Shown here piece by piece: positions 17,644 through 27,991 of a stretch of DNA of 64,000 nt (position 1 is the stretch's first letter; every line of letters starts with the position of its first letter). The DNA is taken from contig JBGPIA010000001.1 in the NCBI GenBank assembly GCA_041484665.1, positions 640,001-704,000 of the forward strand, given 5' to 3'. Source of the stretch: Candidatus Krumholzibacteriia bacterium (GTDB taxonomy: Bacteria; Krumholzibacteriota; Krumholzibacteriia; JAJRXK01). A model generated the notes under the pieces. That model had not been told where the DNA came from. It made no database searches and saw nothing but the letters and a program-made list of their open reading frames with translations. Both the position numbers and the translations under genes were made by a program.

Positions 17644-19596
17644 ATGATCCGTCCCACCCGACTCCATCCGGCCGCGCGCCTGCGGCCGAGTCCTTTCAGT
17701 CTCCGCTCGCTCGAGCGCGCGGCGGGCGTCGCGCTCGTCGCCCGTATCGCGCTCGTCGCGTCCGTCACGTTCGTCGCGGCTCTCGCGCTGGTTGCGAACA
17801 TCGCCTCCGCGGCGGGCCCCGCGCACAACGGCGGGCCACAGGGAAGCTCCGCGGGCGGCAGCCCGCGCATGGTCAGCGGCCCCATCCCCGCGGGCGCCGC
17901 GACGATCCAGAGCGCCCTGGGCACGGGCTTCACCTATCAGGGCCAGCTGCGCAATGGTCAGGGTGCCGTGAGCGGTCCGTGCGACTTCCAGTTCTCGCTG
18001 TTCGACGCGCTGACGGCCGGCACGCAGATCGGCTCGACGCAGACGAAAAGCGCTGTGACCGTGGAAAACGGTGTCTTCACCGTGCAGCTCGACTTCGGGA
18101 ACACTGCCTTCACCGGCGATGCGCGCTGGCTGCAGATCGCGCTCCGTTCGCCGGCGGGAGGCGGCGCCTACACCGCGCTCGCCCCTCGCCAGCCCGTCAC
18201 GTCCGCCCCCGAGGCGCTCACGCTGCGGCCCGGCGCGACGATCCAGACCGTTACCGAGCCCGTCGGCGCGACCGTCAGCGCCTCGAACATCGCATGGGCG
18301 AATCCAGTGGCTCTCCGCGCCATCGGCGGCACCGCGACGAACCAGCTGCCGGCCATGCCAACCGGTGTCTATGGCGAGTCCGCCACGGGCGTGGGCGTAT
18401 TCGGCAACAGCACGCAGAGCTACGGGGTGCTCGGCAACTCGGACGCGCAGACCGCCGTCCAGGGGAACAGCATCAACAGCAACGGCGTCGCCGGGATGAG
18501 CTCCAACCCCATTGCCAGCGGCGTGTATGGTGAAAACCTGGCGGGTGGGTTCGGCGTGGCCGGGCGTGCGTCGCAGTTCGGAACGGCCGTGCTGGGCGAT
18601 AACACCGGCGGCGGGCGAGCCGGCCAGTTCAATGGCACCGTCGACGTCAGCGGCGACCAGAGCATCGGCGGCAATCTCAGTTTCGGAGCCGCCAGGCGCC
18701 AGATGCTCAACCTCTGGGGAACGCAGTACGGCATCGGCGTGCAGGACCTCACGCAGTACTACCGGACCGACGGCGGGGCCGGCTTCGCCTGGCACCAGGG
18801 TGGCTCGCACAGCAACACGCAGAACGATCCCGGATCCGGCGGAAGGACGGTCATGACGCTCGACGCGAACGGGCAGCTCAACGTTCCGCTGGGCGGGCTG
18901 AACGCAACCGATGCCAGCGACTATGGCGTGCGCGGAGCTGGTGGCGTCGGCGGGGTATTCGGCTCCACGGCCAATCTCTCCGGAGCGGGAGTCTTCGGCA
19001 TCAACACCTCTGGGGGCGGGAGCTCGTCGGCGGGCGTCTTCGGGCAGGGCAACAACGCGCCCGGGGTGGTCGGCCAGAGCTTCACCTCGCGCCCGTTCGT
19101 CGGGTACGGATCGAATCTGAACGACCCGGTCTTCTACGTCGACAATGCGGGATCCGTACACGCCGACGGGACCTACACGTCGCCGGCCGCGGACTTCGCC
19201 GAGCTGCTCCCCGCCGACGATGGGTTGGAGCCAGGTGACGTGCTCGCGATCGGGGACGACGGCAGACTGCTCCAAAGTGTGCAGCCGTACCAGACCAGCG
19301 TCGTTGGTGTATACTCGGCCAAGCCCGCCTTCCTCGGCGGGAAGCGCGATGTTGCCCAGGGCGTGGGCGGTCCGCAGGCGGACCAAGTTCCGCTGGCGGT
19401 GATCGGAATCGTCCCGGTCAAGGTCACCTCCGCCAACGGACCCATCAAGCCTGGAGACCTGCTGGTGGCGTCGTCGACGCCCGGCCGCGCGATGCGCGCC
19501 GACGTCAACCCGCCCAATGGAACGGTCATCGGAAAGGCGCTCGGACGGCTGGACGACGGAGCCGGCACGATCCAGGTCGTCATCATGCTGCAATAG
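17644..19596 (+). CDS. Secreted tail-fibre-like protein 2 (paralog of 15518..17434)
   Basis: Same architecture, same C-terminal RLDDGAGTIQVVIMLQ, same CAGGAGGG RBS. Confidence 0.85.
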   Translation: MIRPTRLHPAARLRPSPFSLRSLERAAGVALVARIALVASVTFVAALALVANIASAAGPAHNGGPQGSSAGGSPRMVSGPIPAGAATIQSALGTGFTYQGQLRNGQGAVSGPCDFQFSLFDALTAGTQIGSTQTKSAVTVENGVFTVQLDFGNTAFTGDARWLQIALRSPAGGGAYTALAPRQPVTSAPEALTLRPGATIQTVTEPVGATVSASNIAWANPVALRAIGGTATNQLPAMPTGVYGESATGVGVFGNSTQSYGVLGNSDAQTAVQGNSINSNGVAGMSSNPIASGVYGENLAGGFGVAGRASQFGTAVLGDNTGGGRAGQFNGTVDVSGDQSIGGNLSFGAARRQMLNLWGTQYGIGVQDLTQYYRTDGGAGFAWHQGGSHSNTQNDPGSGGRTVMTLDANGQLNVPLGGLNATDASDYGVRGAGGVGGVFGSTANLSGAGVFGINTSGGGSSSAGVFGQGNNAPGVVGQSFTSRPFVGYGSNLNDPVFYVDNAGSVHADGTYTSPAADFAELLPADDGLEPGDVLAIGDDGRLLQSVQPYQTSVVGVYSAKPAFLGGKRDVAQGVGGPQADQVPLAVIGIVPVKVTSANGPIKPGDLLVASSTPGRAMRADVNPPNGTVIGKALGRLDDGAGTIQVVIMLQ

Positions 19597-19606
19597 GAGG
19601 ACCGCA

Positions 19607-20218
19607 ATGCGAACCACGAGACTCCAACGCAGGAGCCCCCGCCCGCCGCTCCTCGCGCTGGCGGGGGCGGCCACGGCGATCGCCCTCGCCACGGCCGCGC
19701 CGGCCTTCGCGCAAACCGGCGGCGGGTACGATCTCACCTGGAACACCATCGACGGCGGCGGAGCGACCTTCAGCACCGGCGGCGGCTTCACCTTGGGCGG
19801 CACGATCGGCCAGCCCGATGCGGGGCTGTTGACCGGCGGGTCGTTCACGCTGCGCGGCGGCTTCTGGGGCGGCGGTCCGGTCGCCACGGGCGTGCCCGAG
19901 CCGGGCGACCGGCCCGGGAACGACCAGCCCGCGCTCCCGCTGGTCCAGCGCCTCTACCCCAATGTCCCCAATCCATTCAACCCGCGGACGGCCATCGCGT
20001 TTGACCTCCCTCATCCCAGCTCGGTTCGGCTGGAGATCTTCAATCTGCGCGGCGAGCTGGTGCGCACGCTGGTGCGCGAGGACCGCGCCCCCGGTCATCA
20101 CACGGTGATCTGGGAGGGAAACGACGACGGCGGACGAGCGGTGGCCAGCGGCTCGTACATCCTTCGCCTATCCACCCAGGAGGGGGTCCACCGGGAGAAG
20201 GTCATCCTGGTCCGTTGA
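19607..20218 (+). CDS. Small secreted protein: Gly-rich beta domain plus C-terminal FlgD-Ig/T9SS-like domain (putative fibre anchor)
   Basis: Signal peptide ending AFA|Q; GGGYDLTWNTIDGGG..GGGFTLGGTIGQPDAG..LRGGFW; NVPNPFNPRTAIAFDL..GELVRTL..WEG.D..VASGSY; AGGAGG RBS. Confidence 0.88.
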   Translation: MRTTRLQRRSPRPPLLALAGAATAIALATAAPAFAQTGGGYDLTWNTIDGGGATFSTGGGFTLGGTIGQPDAGLLTGGSFTLRGGFWGGGPVATGVPEPGDRPGNDQPALPLVQRLYPNVPNPFNPRTAIAFDLPHPSSVRLEIFNLRGELVRTLVREDRAPGHHTVIWEGNDDGGRAVASGSYILRLSTQEGVHREKVILVR

Positions 20219-20490
20219 CCTGACCTTTGTAGGCGTACGCGGGCGGGCGGCGCGTCTGCCGCCGCCCTCCACGTCCCCTCCCCGTACGGGGTGGCCCGCC
20301 CTCCAGCCGGCAAGAAGTTCCCACCCGCCCCGTGCAGCGCTGCCGCGGATGCCCGCGGTGCCCCTCGACCCATCCCGAACTGGCGGTCCGGTACGGGCAG
20401 CCCTGACCGTGTCTTGACATCCCGCTCGGGCTGCGGCCTATTGAAATCCCCCTCGACGGCCGCTGTGGTTGAGCGGCACGTCGTTTGCCC

Positions 20491-21510
20491 ATGCCCGCTG
20501 CGATGCCCGTCACACTGCCGGCCCCTCGGCGCGCGGCGCGCGCTGGCGCCATCGCCCTGCTGCTGGCGACGGGGGTAGGCTGTGGCCGGCCGCCGGACCT
20601 GCCTCTGCGCATCGGAATCAATCCGTGGCCCGGGTACGAGCTGCTCTACCTCGCCGCGGAGAAGGGCTTTTTCGAGCAAGAAGGCGTCAAGGTCCGCCTC
20701 GTGGAATACACGTCGCTGGGCGACACGCGCCGCGCCTTCGAGCTCGGCCGGCTGGATGGCATGACCTGCACCCTCATCGAGCTCAGCGAGGTGCGCCGGC
20801 GAACGCCGCTCTCTCCCAGCGCGGTGCTCGTGCTGGATAACTCCATGGGTGCCGATGTCCTGCTGGCCGGGCCGGGTACGGCATCGGTGGAGCAGCTGCG
20901 CGGGCGTCGCGTCGGGGTGGAGACGGGATCGCTGGGGGTCTACCTCCTGGTGCGGGCGCTGGAGATGTACGGCCTGCGCATGGAGGACGTGGTGCTCGTC
21001 GCCAGCGACCCCCCCAGCATGGGTGCTGACTTCGCCGGCGGAACGCTGGACGCCATCGTGTCCTACCCACCGTACGCCACCGAGATCCTGCGCGACGGCC
21101 GGGCGCATGTGCTGTTCAGCAGCGCCCAGATCCCGGGCGAGGTCGTCGACGTCCTCGCGGTTGACGCCGCTGCGGCTGCGCACCGCGCCCGCGAGCTTAC
21201 CGGCGTGATTCGCGCCTGGGAGCGGGCGCGGGTCTACGCCACCGAGCACGCCGACGAGACGCAGCGCCGCATGGCCGAGCGCGAGCGCGTCTCACCCGAG
21301 GAATTGCGCGCATCGCTGGCCGCGATCCGCATCCTCCCGCTGGCGGAGCAGCCCCCGCTCTTCGCGCCGGGCGCTGCGCTGCAACAGATCTTCGCGCGCC
21401 TGCAGGCGGTCATGCGCGCGACGGGCCAGGACAGCCTGCCTGCCGCTTCCCGCGACGGCGGACCCGCCGTTTTCATCTCCGAACCGCTCGACTCGGCCCT
21501 GCAGCGATGA
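20491..21510 (+). CDS. NMT1/SsuA-like periplasmic substrate-binding lipoprotein
   Basis: Lipobox-like LLATGVGC; LRIGINPWPGYELLYLAAEKGFF; LDNSMGADVL; LRGRRVGVETGS; QIPGEVVDVL. Confidence 0.9.
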   Translation: MPAAMPVTLPAPRRAARAGAIALLLATGVGCGRPPDLPLRIGINPWPGYELLYLAAEKGFFEQEGVKVRLVEYTSLGDTRRAFELGRLDGMTCTLIELSEVRRRTPLSPSAVLVLDNSMGADVLLAGPGTASVEQLRGRRVGVETGSLGVYLLVRALEMYGLRMEDVVLVASDPPSMGADFAGGTLDAIVSYPPYATEILRDGRAHVLFSSAQIPGEVVDVLAVDAAAAAHRARELTGVIRAWERARVYATEHADETQRRMAERERVSPEELRASLAAIRILPLAEQPPLFAPGAALQQIFARLQAVMRATGQDSLPAASRDGGPAVFISEPLDSALQR

Positions 21511-24500
21511 TCGTGCTGCCCCGCATCCGGAGATTCTGCGGATCGTTGGGCTGCCGACTGCTGTTTCCACTAATCGTGCTGGGGTCGGCCGTGGCCGTGC
21601 TGGCCGGCCTGACGGGGCACCGCATGCTGGTGCGGCAGGCGGATCTCCAGCTCGAGCGCCGCGCGAGCGCCGTGGCCGACGCGGTGGTCTATAGCCTGAA
21701 CACCGTGGACAAGTACTCGGAGTTCACCCGCTTCGTCAGCTTCTTGGCCGGCGAGCGCGACATCGAGGCGGTGGTCGTGACCGGCGGCAGCCCGCCGCGG
21801 GTGATCGCCTCGAACAAGGCGGAGTGGAACGGCCGGCTGCTCTCCGACCCGCCGCGCGAGCAGGTGGGGGCCCACCTGTTCGGCGATCTCGCCACCCGTC
21901 CGACCGCGGCGCATCGCCACGACGAGACGGGCATGTACCTGTACAGCAGGGCCTTCGCGCTCCACGATCCTGGGCCGCGCGGCATCGAGCTGACGTCGGG
22001 CATCGTTGCGGTCGAGCTGGCCGCCGACGCGACGGTCGGCCCGGTCACGCGCACCTTTGGCGGGTTGACGGCCCTGCTGCTGGTGGGGATCCTGGTGTTG
22101 TCGCTGATCGTCTACGCCTCCCTGCACCGGCAGGTCCTGAAGCCTACGACTGCCATCCGGCGCGCCATGGAGCGCCGCGCCGCGGGCGATGCGTCCGTCT
22201 ACGCGCCGGTGACCGGCGCGCCGGAGATCGGGGACGTTGCCCGTTCGCTGAATTCCATGCTCGATGCGCTGCGCCAGAGCAGCGAGCGCCTCGAGCTGAT
22301 CGTGCGGGCCACGCGCGACGGGATCTACGACTGGGACATTCCCAGCGGCCGCATCATGCGCAACGAAGTCTACGGCGATGCCTTCGGCGGCGGGAATCCC
22401 GTCCCTACGGACCTGGATTGGTGGCGCGAGCGCGTCCACCCGGAGGACCGGCCGGGCATCGAGGCGAGCCTGCAGGCGGCTCTGTCAGGCCAGGCGCGCG
22501 TGTGGTCCAACGATTACCGCTTCCGCCGCGAGTCGGGCGAGTATGCCTTCGTCCTGGACCGGGGCTTCATCGCGCGCGGACCGGCCGGCGAACCCCAGCG
22601 CATGATCGGCGCGATGACCGACATCACAGCCTGGCGGCAGGCAGAGCAGGAGCGCGACCGTTTCTTCACGCTCTCCCTGGACATCCTCTGCCTCGTCGGG
22701 CTCGACGGCTACTTCAAGCGCGTGAACCCCGCCTTCGAGCGGATGCTCGGCTACACCGGCGACGAGCTCTTGTCCAGACCGTTCGTCGAGTTCGTGCACC
22801 CCGAGGACCTCGAGTTGACACGGCGCGAGTTCGCGAAGCTGGCCGGCGGTACCGAGGTCCGCGCCTTCGAGAACCGTTACGTCTGCAAGGATGGTTCCTA
22901 CCGCTGGCTCAGCTGGTCCTGCCCACCGCCCCCGCCTGGCGAGACGGTCGTGTACGCGGTCGCGCGCGACGTCACCGATCGCAAGCTCGTGGAGAACTTC
23001 CTGCTGCGCACGCGGACCCTGCTGCAGTCATTCGTGGAGCAGACGCCTGCTGCGGTCGCGATGCTCGACAAGGACCTGCGCTATCTGGCGGTGAGCAAGC
23101 GCTGGATGGAGGACTACAAGCTCCCCTATGCCAACCTGCTCGGACGCCATCACTACGAGGTCTTTCCCGAGATCGGCGCGAACGTAGATTGGCAGGAGGT
23201 CTACCAGCGCTGCCTTAAGGGGGAGGTGCAGCGGCGCGAGGAGGATCGTTTCGTGCGGGCGGACGGCACCGAGACCTGGCTGCGCTGGGAGGTCCGCCCT
23301 TGGCTCGAGGAGGACGGCGCAATCGGCGGTCTGATCATGTTCACCGAGGACATCACCGCCCGCAAGCACGCCGAGCAGGCCCTGCAGCTGAGCGAGCAGC
23401 GCTGGCAGTTCGCGCTGGAGGGCTCCGGCGACGGTGTCTGGGACTGGGACGTTGCGGCCAGTCGGGTGTTCTACTCCAGGCGCTGGAAGGAGATGCTCGG
23501 ATACGACGAGCATGACGTCGGGGACGGGCTAACGGAGTGGGAGTCGCGCGTCCATCCGGACGACAAGGCGCGCGTGATGGGCGAGATCGAGCGCCACTTC
23601 CGCGGCGAGACGGCGCAGTACGTGGCCGAGCACCGCGTGCTGTGCAAGGACGGCAGCTTCAAATGGGTGCTGGATCGTGGCAAGGTCATGGGGCGCGGGC
23701 CGGACGGACGTCCGCTGCGCGTGGTCGGTACGCACACCGACATTACCCTACGGCGCCTGGCCGAGCAGGCCCTGCGCGACGCCAAGGAGGCCGCCGAAGC
23801 GGCGAACCTGGCCAAGAGCGAGTTCCTGGCCAGCATGAGCCACGAGATCCGCACGCCGATGAATGGCGTGATGGGAACCCTTGCGCTGCTGCTGGACTCG
23901 CCGCTCAGCGCGGAGCAGCACGAGCTGGCGGAGATGGGGCTGCGCTCGGGCCAGTCGCTCATGACCACGATCAACGAGATCCTCGACTTCTCCAAGATCG
24001 AAGCCGGGCGACTCACGCTGGAAGCGATCCCCTTCGATCTCGGCCAGCTCGTGGAGGAGACGGTACAGCTGCTGGCCCGCCCCGCGGAGCAGAAGCGGCT
24101 CGAGCTCGTCCTGCAGATGGCCCAAGACGTGCCCCGGCGTCTGGTGGGTGACCCGGCACGGATCCGTCAGGTGCTCAACAACCTCATCGGCAATGCCGTC
24201 AAGTTCACCGAGCGCGGACACGTCTGCGTGCAGGTCAGCTGCGAGTCGCCGCGGGCGGGGCGGCCGATCGTGCGCTTTGCGGTGCAGGACACGGGGATCG
24301 GAGTCCCGCAGGACAAGCTCTCGATCATCTTCGACAAGTTCACGCAGGCCGATTCCTCAACGACGCGCCGCTATGGCGGCACCGGCCTGGGTCTGGCGAT
24401 CTGCAAGCTGCTCGTCGAGCTGATGGACGGCCAGATCGGGGTGGTGAGTGATCCGGGCAAGGGCTCGACCTTCTGGTTCGGCCTGCCGGTGACTCCCTCG

Positions 24501-25526
24501 GCCGACGCCGTGCCATGGCGTCCGCCCGATCTGGAGGGCAAGCGGGTGTTGATCGCGGCGCCCCAGCCCGTCGTGCGCCGCGCCCTGTGCGACACCCTCG
24601 AAGGGCTGGGGGCGCAGGCGCAGGAGGCGCAGAGCGCGGAGGCGGCTCTGGAGCTGCTCCGCGCCGCGCACGCAGCGGGCCGCGCGATCGAGCTATTGCT
24701 GCTCGATGAGGACCTTCCCGATGGCTCGGCGCGCGAGATCCTCGCCGCGGTGCAGGGCGGCGCCCGGGTCGGGCAGCCGGCGGTGTTGGCGCTCTACCGG
24801 CTTTCGTCGGGCGGCGACGCGCCCGCGCCGCCGCAGCGCGGCGTCTACGGCCGCCTCTCCAAGCCGGTGCTGCCCGCCCGCCTGGCGGAAGCGCTCGAGC
24901 AGTTCCGACCGGACCCGATCGGGCAGCGCCAGGCGACCCTGACCCAGACGGCGGACTCCGCCGCCGGCCGCGTGCGCGCGAGCGCGCAGCCGCACCGATC
25001 ACTGCCACAGGCGCGGATCCTGGTCGCCGAAGACAATGCGGTGAACCAGAAGGTGGCGGCGAAGATGCTCGAACGTCTCGGTTGCCACGCGGACGTCGCC
25101 GCTGACGGGCGGGAGGCCCTGCGCCGTGCGGCCGAGACGCGCTACGACCTGCTGCTCATGGACTGCCAGATGCCCGACGTCGATGGTTACGAGGCGACCC
25201 GGCAGATCCGCAGCCGCGAGGCGCTCGCGCTGCGCGCCACGCCGCTTGCGCCCAACGGCCGGCACGCCGCGGGTGACCGGGCACCTGGTTCCTGCGTGAT
25301 CGTAGCCATGACGGCACATGCCATGCCCGGCGACCGCGAGCGCGCGCTCGCCGCCGGCATGGACGACTATCTGCCCAAGCCGGTCACGCTGGACAAGCTG
25401 CGCGAGATCCTCACGCGCTGGCTGCCCGGACGGATGCCGGATCCGATCGAAGCGGCGCACCTCGACCCGGTCCAAGTCGGCGGCCCCACGCGCACGGGGG
25501 ACCCGACTGGTTACGTCGGAAAGTAA
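21507..25526 (+). CDS. Membrane hybrid sensor histidine kinase (2 TM, HAMP, 4 PAS/PAC, HisKA, HATPase, 2 REC)
   Basis: [53 protein letters not shown] overlap with the binding-protein gene. Confidence 0.96.
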   Translation: MIVLPRIRRFCGSLGCRLLFPLIVLGSAVAVLAGLTGHRMLVRQADLQLERRASAVADAVVYSLNTVDKYSEFTRFVSFLAGERDIEAVVVTGGSPPRVIASNKAEWNGRLLSDPPREQVGAHLFGDLATRPTAAHRHDETGMYLYSRAFALHDPGPRGIELTSGIVAVELAADATVGPVTRTFGGLTALLLVGILVLSLIVYASLHRQVLKPTTAIRRAMERRAAGDASVYAPVTGAPEIGDVARSLNSMLDALRQSSERLELIVRATRDGIYDWDIPSGRIMRNEVYGDAFGGGNPVPTDLDWWRERVHPEDRPGIEASLQAALSGQARVWSNDYRFRRESGEYAFVLDRGFIARGPAGEPQRMIGAMTDITAWRQAEQERDRFFTLSLDILCLVGLDGYFKRVNPAFERMLGYTGDELLSRPFVEFVHPEDLELTRREFAKLAGGTEVRAFENRYVCKDGSYRWLSWSCPPPPPGETVVYAVARDVTDRKLVENFLLRTRTLLQSFVEQTPAAVAMLDKDLRYLAVSKRWMEDYKLPYANLLGRHHYEVFPEIGANVDWQEVYQRCLKGEVQRREEDRFVRADGTETWLRWEVRPWLEEDGAIGGLIMFTEDITARKHAEQALQLSEQRWQFALEGSGDGVWDWDVAASRVFYSRRWKEMLGYDEHDVGDGLTEWESRVHPDDKARVMGEIERHFRGETAQYVAEHRVLCKDGSFKWVLDRGKVMGRGPDGRPLRVVGTHTDITLRRLAEQALRDAKEAAEAANLAKSEFLASMSHEIRTPMNGVMGTLALLLDSPLSAEQHELAEMGLRSGQSLMTTINEILDFSKIEAGRLTLEAIPFDLGQLVEETVQLLARPAEQKRLELVLQMAQDVPRRLVGDPARIRQVLNNLIGNAVKFTERGHVCVQVSCESPRAGRPIVRFAVQDTGIGVPQDKLSIIFDKFTQADSSTTRRYGGTGLGLAICKLLVELMDGQIGVVSDPGKGSTFWFGLPVTPSADAVPWRPPDLEGKRVLIAAPQPVVRRALCDTLEGLGAQAQEAQSAEAALELLRAAHAAGRAIELLLLDEDLPDGSAREILAAVQGGARVGQPAVLALYRLSSGGDAPAPPQRGVYGRLSKPVLPARLAEALEQFRPDPIGQRQATLTQTADSAAGRVRASAQPHRSLPQARILVAEDNAVNQKVAAKMLERLGCHADVAADGREALRRAAETRYDLLLMDCQMPDVDGYEATRQIRSREALALRATPLAPNGRHAAGDRAPGSCVIVAMTAHAMPGDRERALAAGMDDYLPKPVTLDKLREILTRWLPGRMPDPIEAAHLDPVQVGGPTRTGDPTGYVGK

Positions 25527-26095
25527 TCGGGGGCGCTGCCCGGCTTCCACTTGATGTTGCAGCCGATGGAGGGGACCTGCTCTGCGGGCGGCCGCCGGCC
25601 AGCCAGCAACGCATCGGCGACGGCGCGCAGGTCCCGCCCGTGGGGCTTCTGCGGTGGCGTCTGCTGCGGGCGGGTCTCGTCGAAACGCCCGCGGTAGACC
25701 AGGCGATGTGCCGCGTCGAACAGGTAGAAGTCGGGCGTACACGCTGCACGATAGGCCTTGGCGACCTCCTGGCTGTCGTCGAACAGGTACGCGAAGACGT
25801 ACCCGCGCCCGGCCTTCTCCTCCTTCATCTTCGCAGGGCCGTCCTGCGGGAAGGCGGCGATGTCATTGCTGCTGATGCCGACGATGGAGAGGCCCTTTTT
25901 CTGGTACTCACGCGCGAAAGCGGCCAGCTCGCCGGCGAGGTGCTGGACGAATGGGCAGTGATTGCACAGGAAGATCACCAGCAGCGGCTGCCCATTGAAG
26001 TCGGACAACCGGACGCTCTTTCCGTCGGTGTCCGGCAGTTGGAAATCGGGAGCCGCGGTGCCCAGCGGCAACATCGTAGAGTTGACAGCAACCAT
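25511..26095 (-). CDS. Thioredoxin-fold AhpC/TSA-like protein
   Basis: APDFQLPDTDG, FLCNHCPFV, AACTPDFYLFD, PSIGCNIKW. Confidence 0.93.
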   Translation of the reverse strand: MVAVNSTMLPLGTAAPDFQLPDTDGKSVRLSDFNGQPLLVIFLCNHCPFVQHLAGELAAFAREYQKKGLSIVGISSNDIAAFPQDGPAKMKEEKAGRGYVFAYLFDDSQEVAKAYRAACTPDFYLFDAAHRLVYRGRFDETRPQQTPPQKPHGRDLRAVADALLAGRRPPAEQVPSIGCNIKWKPGSAPDYFPT

Positions 26096-26225
26096 GGAGC
26101 CTCCTCGTTGCGGTGCGGTCCACGGCAGAATGCTAGCGCAGTCAAGCTCGACAAGCCATCGCCTGCGGGCCGATCATGGCAGCGCGGGCGCGAGGGCCGG
26201 GCGGGTTCGAACGGGGGGCGGGAGC

Positions 26226-27680
26226 ATGACCGTCGATGGATTGCCCAAGGGCACCGAACCGGCTGCGCGCGTGGTGCGCGCGGCAGGAGTGGGCCCGGCA
26301 CGGCGGCGCGGCAGCCGGTTCGCCGTCGCATCGGTGTGTGCGGTGCTGGCCTGCGCTGCGCCGGGTGCCTTGGCCGCGAAACCCACGGTGGCTGGCTCGG
26401 CTGGGCATGCGGCGCCCGGGGACGCGCCGACCACCGAGGAGACCGCCGCCAAGGGAGAGGTGATTTCGGCGATGCTGATCACCGGCGCGCGCGTCCTGGC
26501 CGAGGACGCCGCTGGGTGGCGCGAAGGCGTGGCGGTGCTCGTGCGGGGCGCCACCATCGAGCAGGTTGCACCGCAGAGCCAGCTGCAGGCGCAGGTTCCT
26601 GCGGAGGTGCCGCGCGTGGCGGCCGATGGCCTCTACCTGCTGCCGGGGCTGATGGATCTCCACACCCATCTGCTGCTGCACCCCTACGACGAGACGCCCT
26701 GGAACGACCAGGTGCTCAAGGAGCCGCTCGAGCTGCGCACCATCCGCGCGGTCAACGCCGCGCGCGCGACGCTCGAGGCGGGCTTCACGACCATCCGTGA
26801 CCTGGGAACCGAGGGCGCGGGCTTCGCCGATGTGGCGCTGCGCAGCGCCGTAGCGTCGGGGATGATCGCGGGCCCGCGGATCCTTGCCGCGACCCGAGCC
26901 ATCGTCGCAACCGGTTGCTACGGCCCGTCCGGCTTCGATCCGCGCTGGCCGGTCCCCAAAGGCGCCCAGGAGGCCGACGGCGTAGACGGTGTGCGCAAGG
27001 CCGTGCGCGAGCAGATCGCCGCCGGAGCCGACTGGGTGAAGTTCTACGCCGACTACCGGCGGACCCCGTCGGGCGACGCCACACCCAGCTTCTCGCTCCC
27101 GGAAATGCAGGCCATGGTGGACGAGGCGCGCTCCGCCGGCCTGCCCGTGGCCGCGCACGCGACGACGGACGAGGGGATCCGCCGCGCCGTGCTGGCCGGC
27201 GTCGCCACCATCGAGCACGGCAACGGCGCCTCAACGGCAGTGTTGCAGCTGATGCGAGAGCACGGCGTCGTCCTGTGCCCGACGCTGGCCGCCTCCGAGG
27301 CGTTGGCGCGCTACGCCGGGTGGAAACCCGGCGACGCGGAGCCTGCGCGCCTGCGCCAATCACGGGAGATGTTCGCGCGGGCGCTGCAGGCAGGCGTGAA
27401 GCTTGCCTGTGGCAGCGATGCGGGTGTCTTCGCCCACGGCGCCAACGCGCGCGAGCTGGAGCTCATGGTGGAAGGCGGCCTGCCGCGCGCCGAAGCGCTG
27501 CGCGCGGCGACCGTCGATGCCGCTGCGGTGATCGGACGCGCGAAGGACCTGGGGCGCGTGGCGCCGGGCTTCGTGGCGGACCTGATCGCCACCCGCAACG
27601 ATCCGCTGCAGGACATCGCGGCGCTGCGCGGGCCCGTGCTGGTCATCAAGGATGGGCATAGCGTCGTAGACCGGCGCTGA
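26226..27680 (+). CDS. Secreted amidohydrolase family protein (Xaa-Pro dipeptidase-like)
   Basis: LPGLMDLHTH, GFTTIRDLG, GADWVKFY, VAAHA, IEHG, GSDAG. Confidence 0.92.
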   Translation: MTVDGLPKGTEPAARVVRAAGVGPARRRGSRFAVASVCAVLACAAPGALAAKPTVAGSAGHAAPGDAPTTEETAAKGEVISAMLITGARVLAEDAAGWREGVAVLVRGATIEQVAPQSQLQAQVPAEVPRVAADGLYLLPGLMDLHTHLLLHPYDETPWNDQVLKEPLELRTIRAVNAARATLEAGFTTIRDLGTEGAGFADVALRSAVASGMIAGPRILAATRAIVATGCYGPSGFDPRWPVPKGAQEADGVDGVRKAVREQIAAGADWVKFYADYRRTPSGDATPSFSLPEMQAMVDEARSAGLPVAAHATTDEGIRRAVLAGVATIEHGNGASTAVLQLMREHGVVLCPTLAASEALARYAGWKPGDAEPARLRQSREMFARALQAGVKLACGSDAGVFAHGANARELELMVEGGLPRAEALRAATVDAAAVIGRAKDLGRVAPGFVADLIATRNDPLQDIAALRGPVLVIKDGHSVVDRR

Positions 27681-27818
27681 GTCCGGTCCCGCCCAGGCAG
27701 CTACAGAGCGCATCTCCCCTCACATCGTCGCCGCGCCGTCGGCCGCCCGCAGCCACGTCGGCGTCACAGAATCGGACTGCCACCGCGCCGGCCAGCCTCC
27801 CGCTACAGCCGCTTCCGC

Positions 27819-27933
27819 TGCTGCATATCCAACACGGAAACCGACGCTACTGCTTGGCTTCACGCACGCTGCCGCAGCAGCGATTCCGCAACCGCGGTGT
27901 TGGCAACGCGATGCCGCCTGGCACGACGGCTGC
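27819..27933 (+). promoter_or_regulatory. Putative sigma54 promoter with upstream palindrome (copy A)
   Basis: TGCTGCATATCCAACA at 27819-27834; TGGCACG-acgg-CTGC at 27919-27933 (GG-N10-GC). Confidence 0.55.
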
Positions 27934-27991
27934 GAGTGCGGCTGCGCGTTCGCGGTCAACGCGCGACGCGCAGAGGTGAGGACAGCGGCGC

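Noticed and set aside
15518..19596. Prophage or tailocin interpretation of the fibre genes
   Set aside because: No capsid, terminase, sheath, baseplate or lysis genes; the fibres have signal-like N-termini and candidate ECF promoters
15518..19596. Diversity-generating retroelement template/variable repeat pair
   Set aside because: No reverse transcriptase in the window; the paralogs differ throughout, not specifically at adenines
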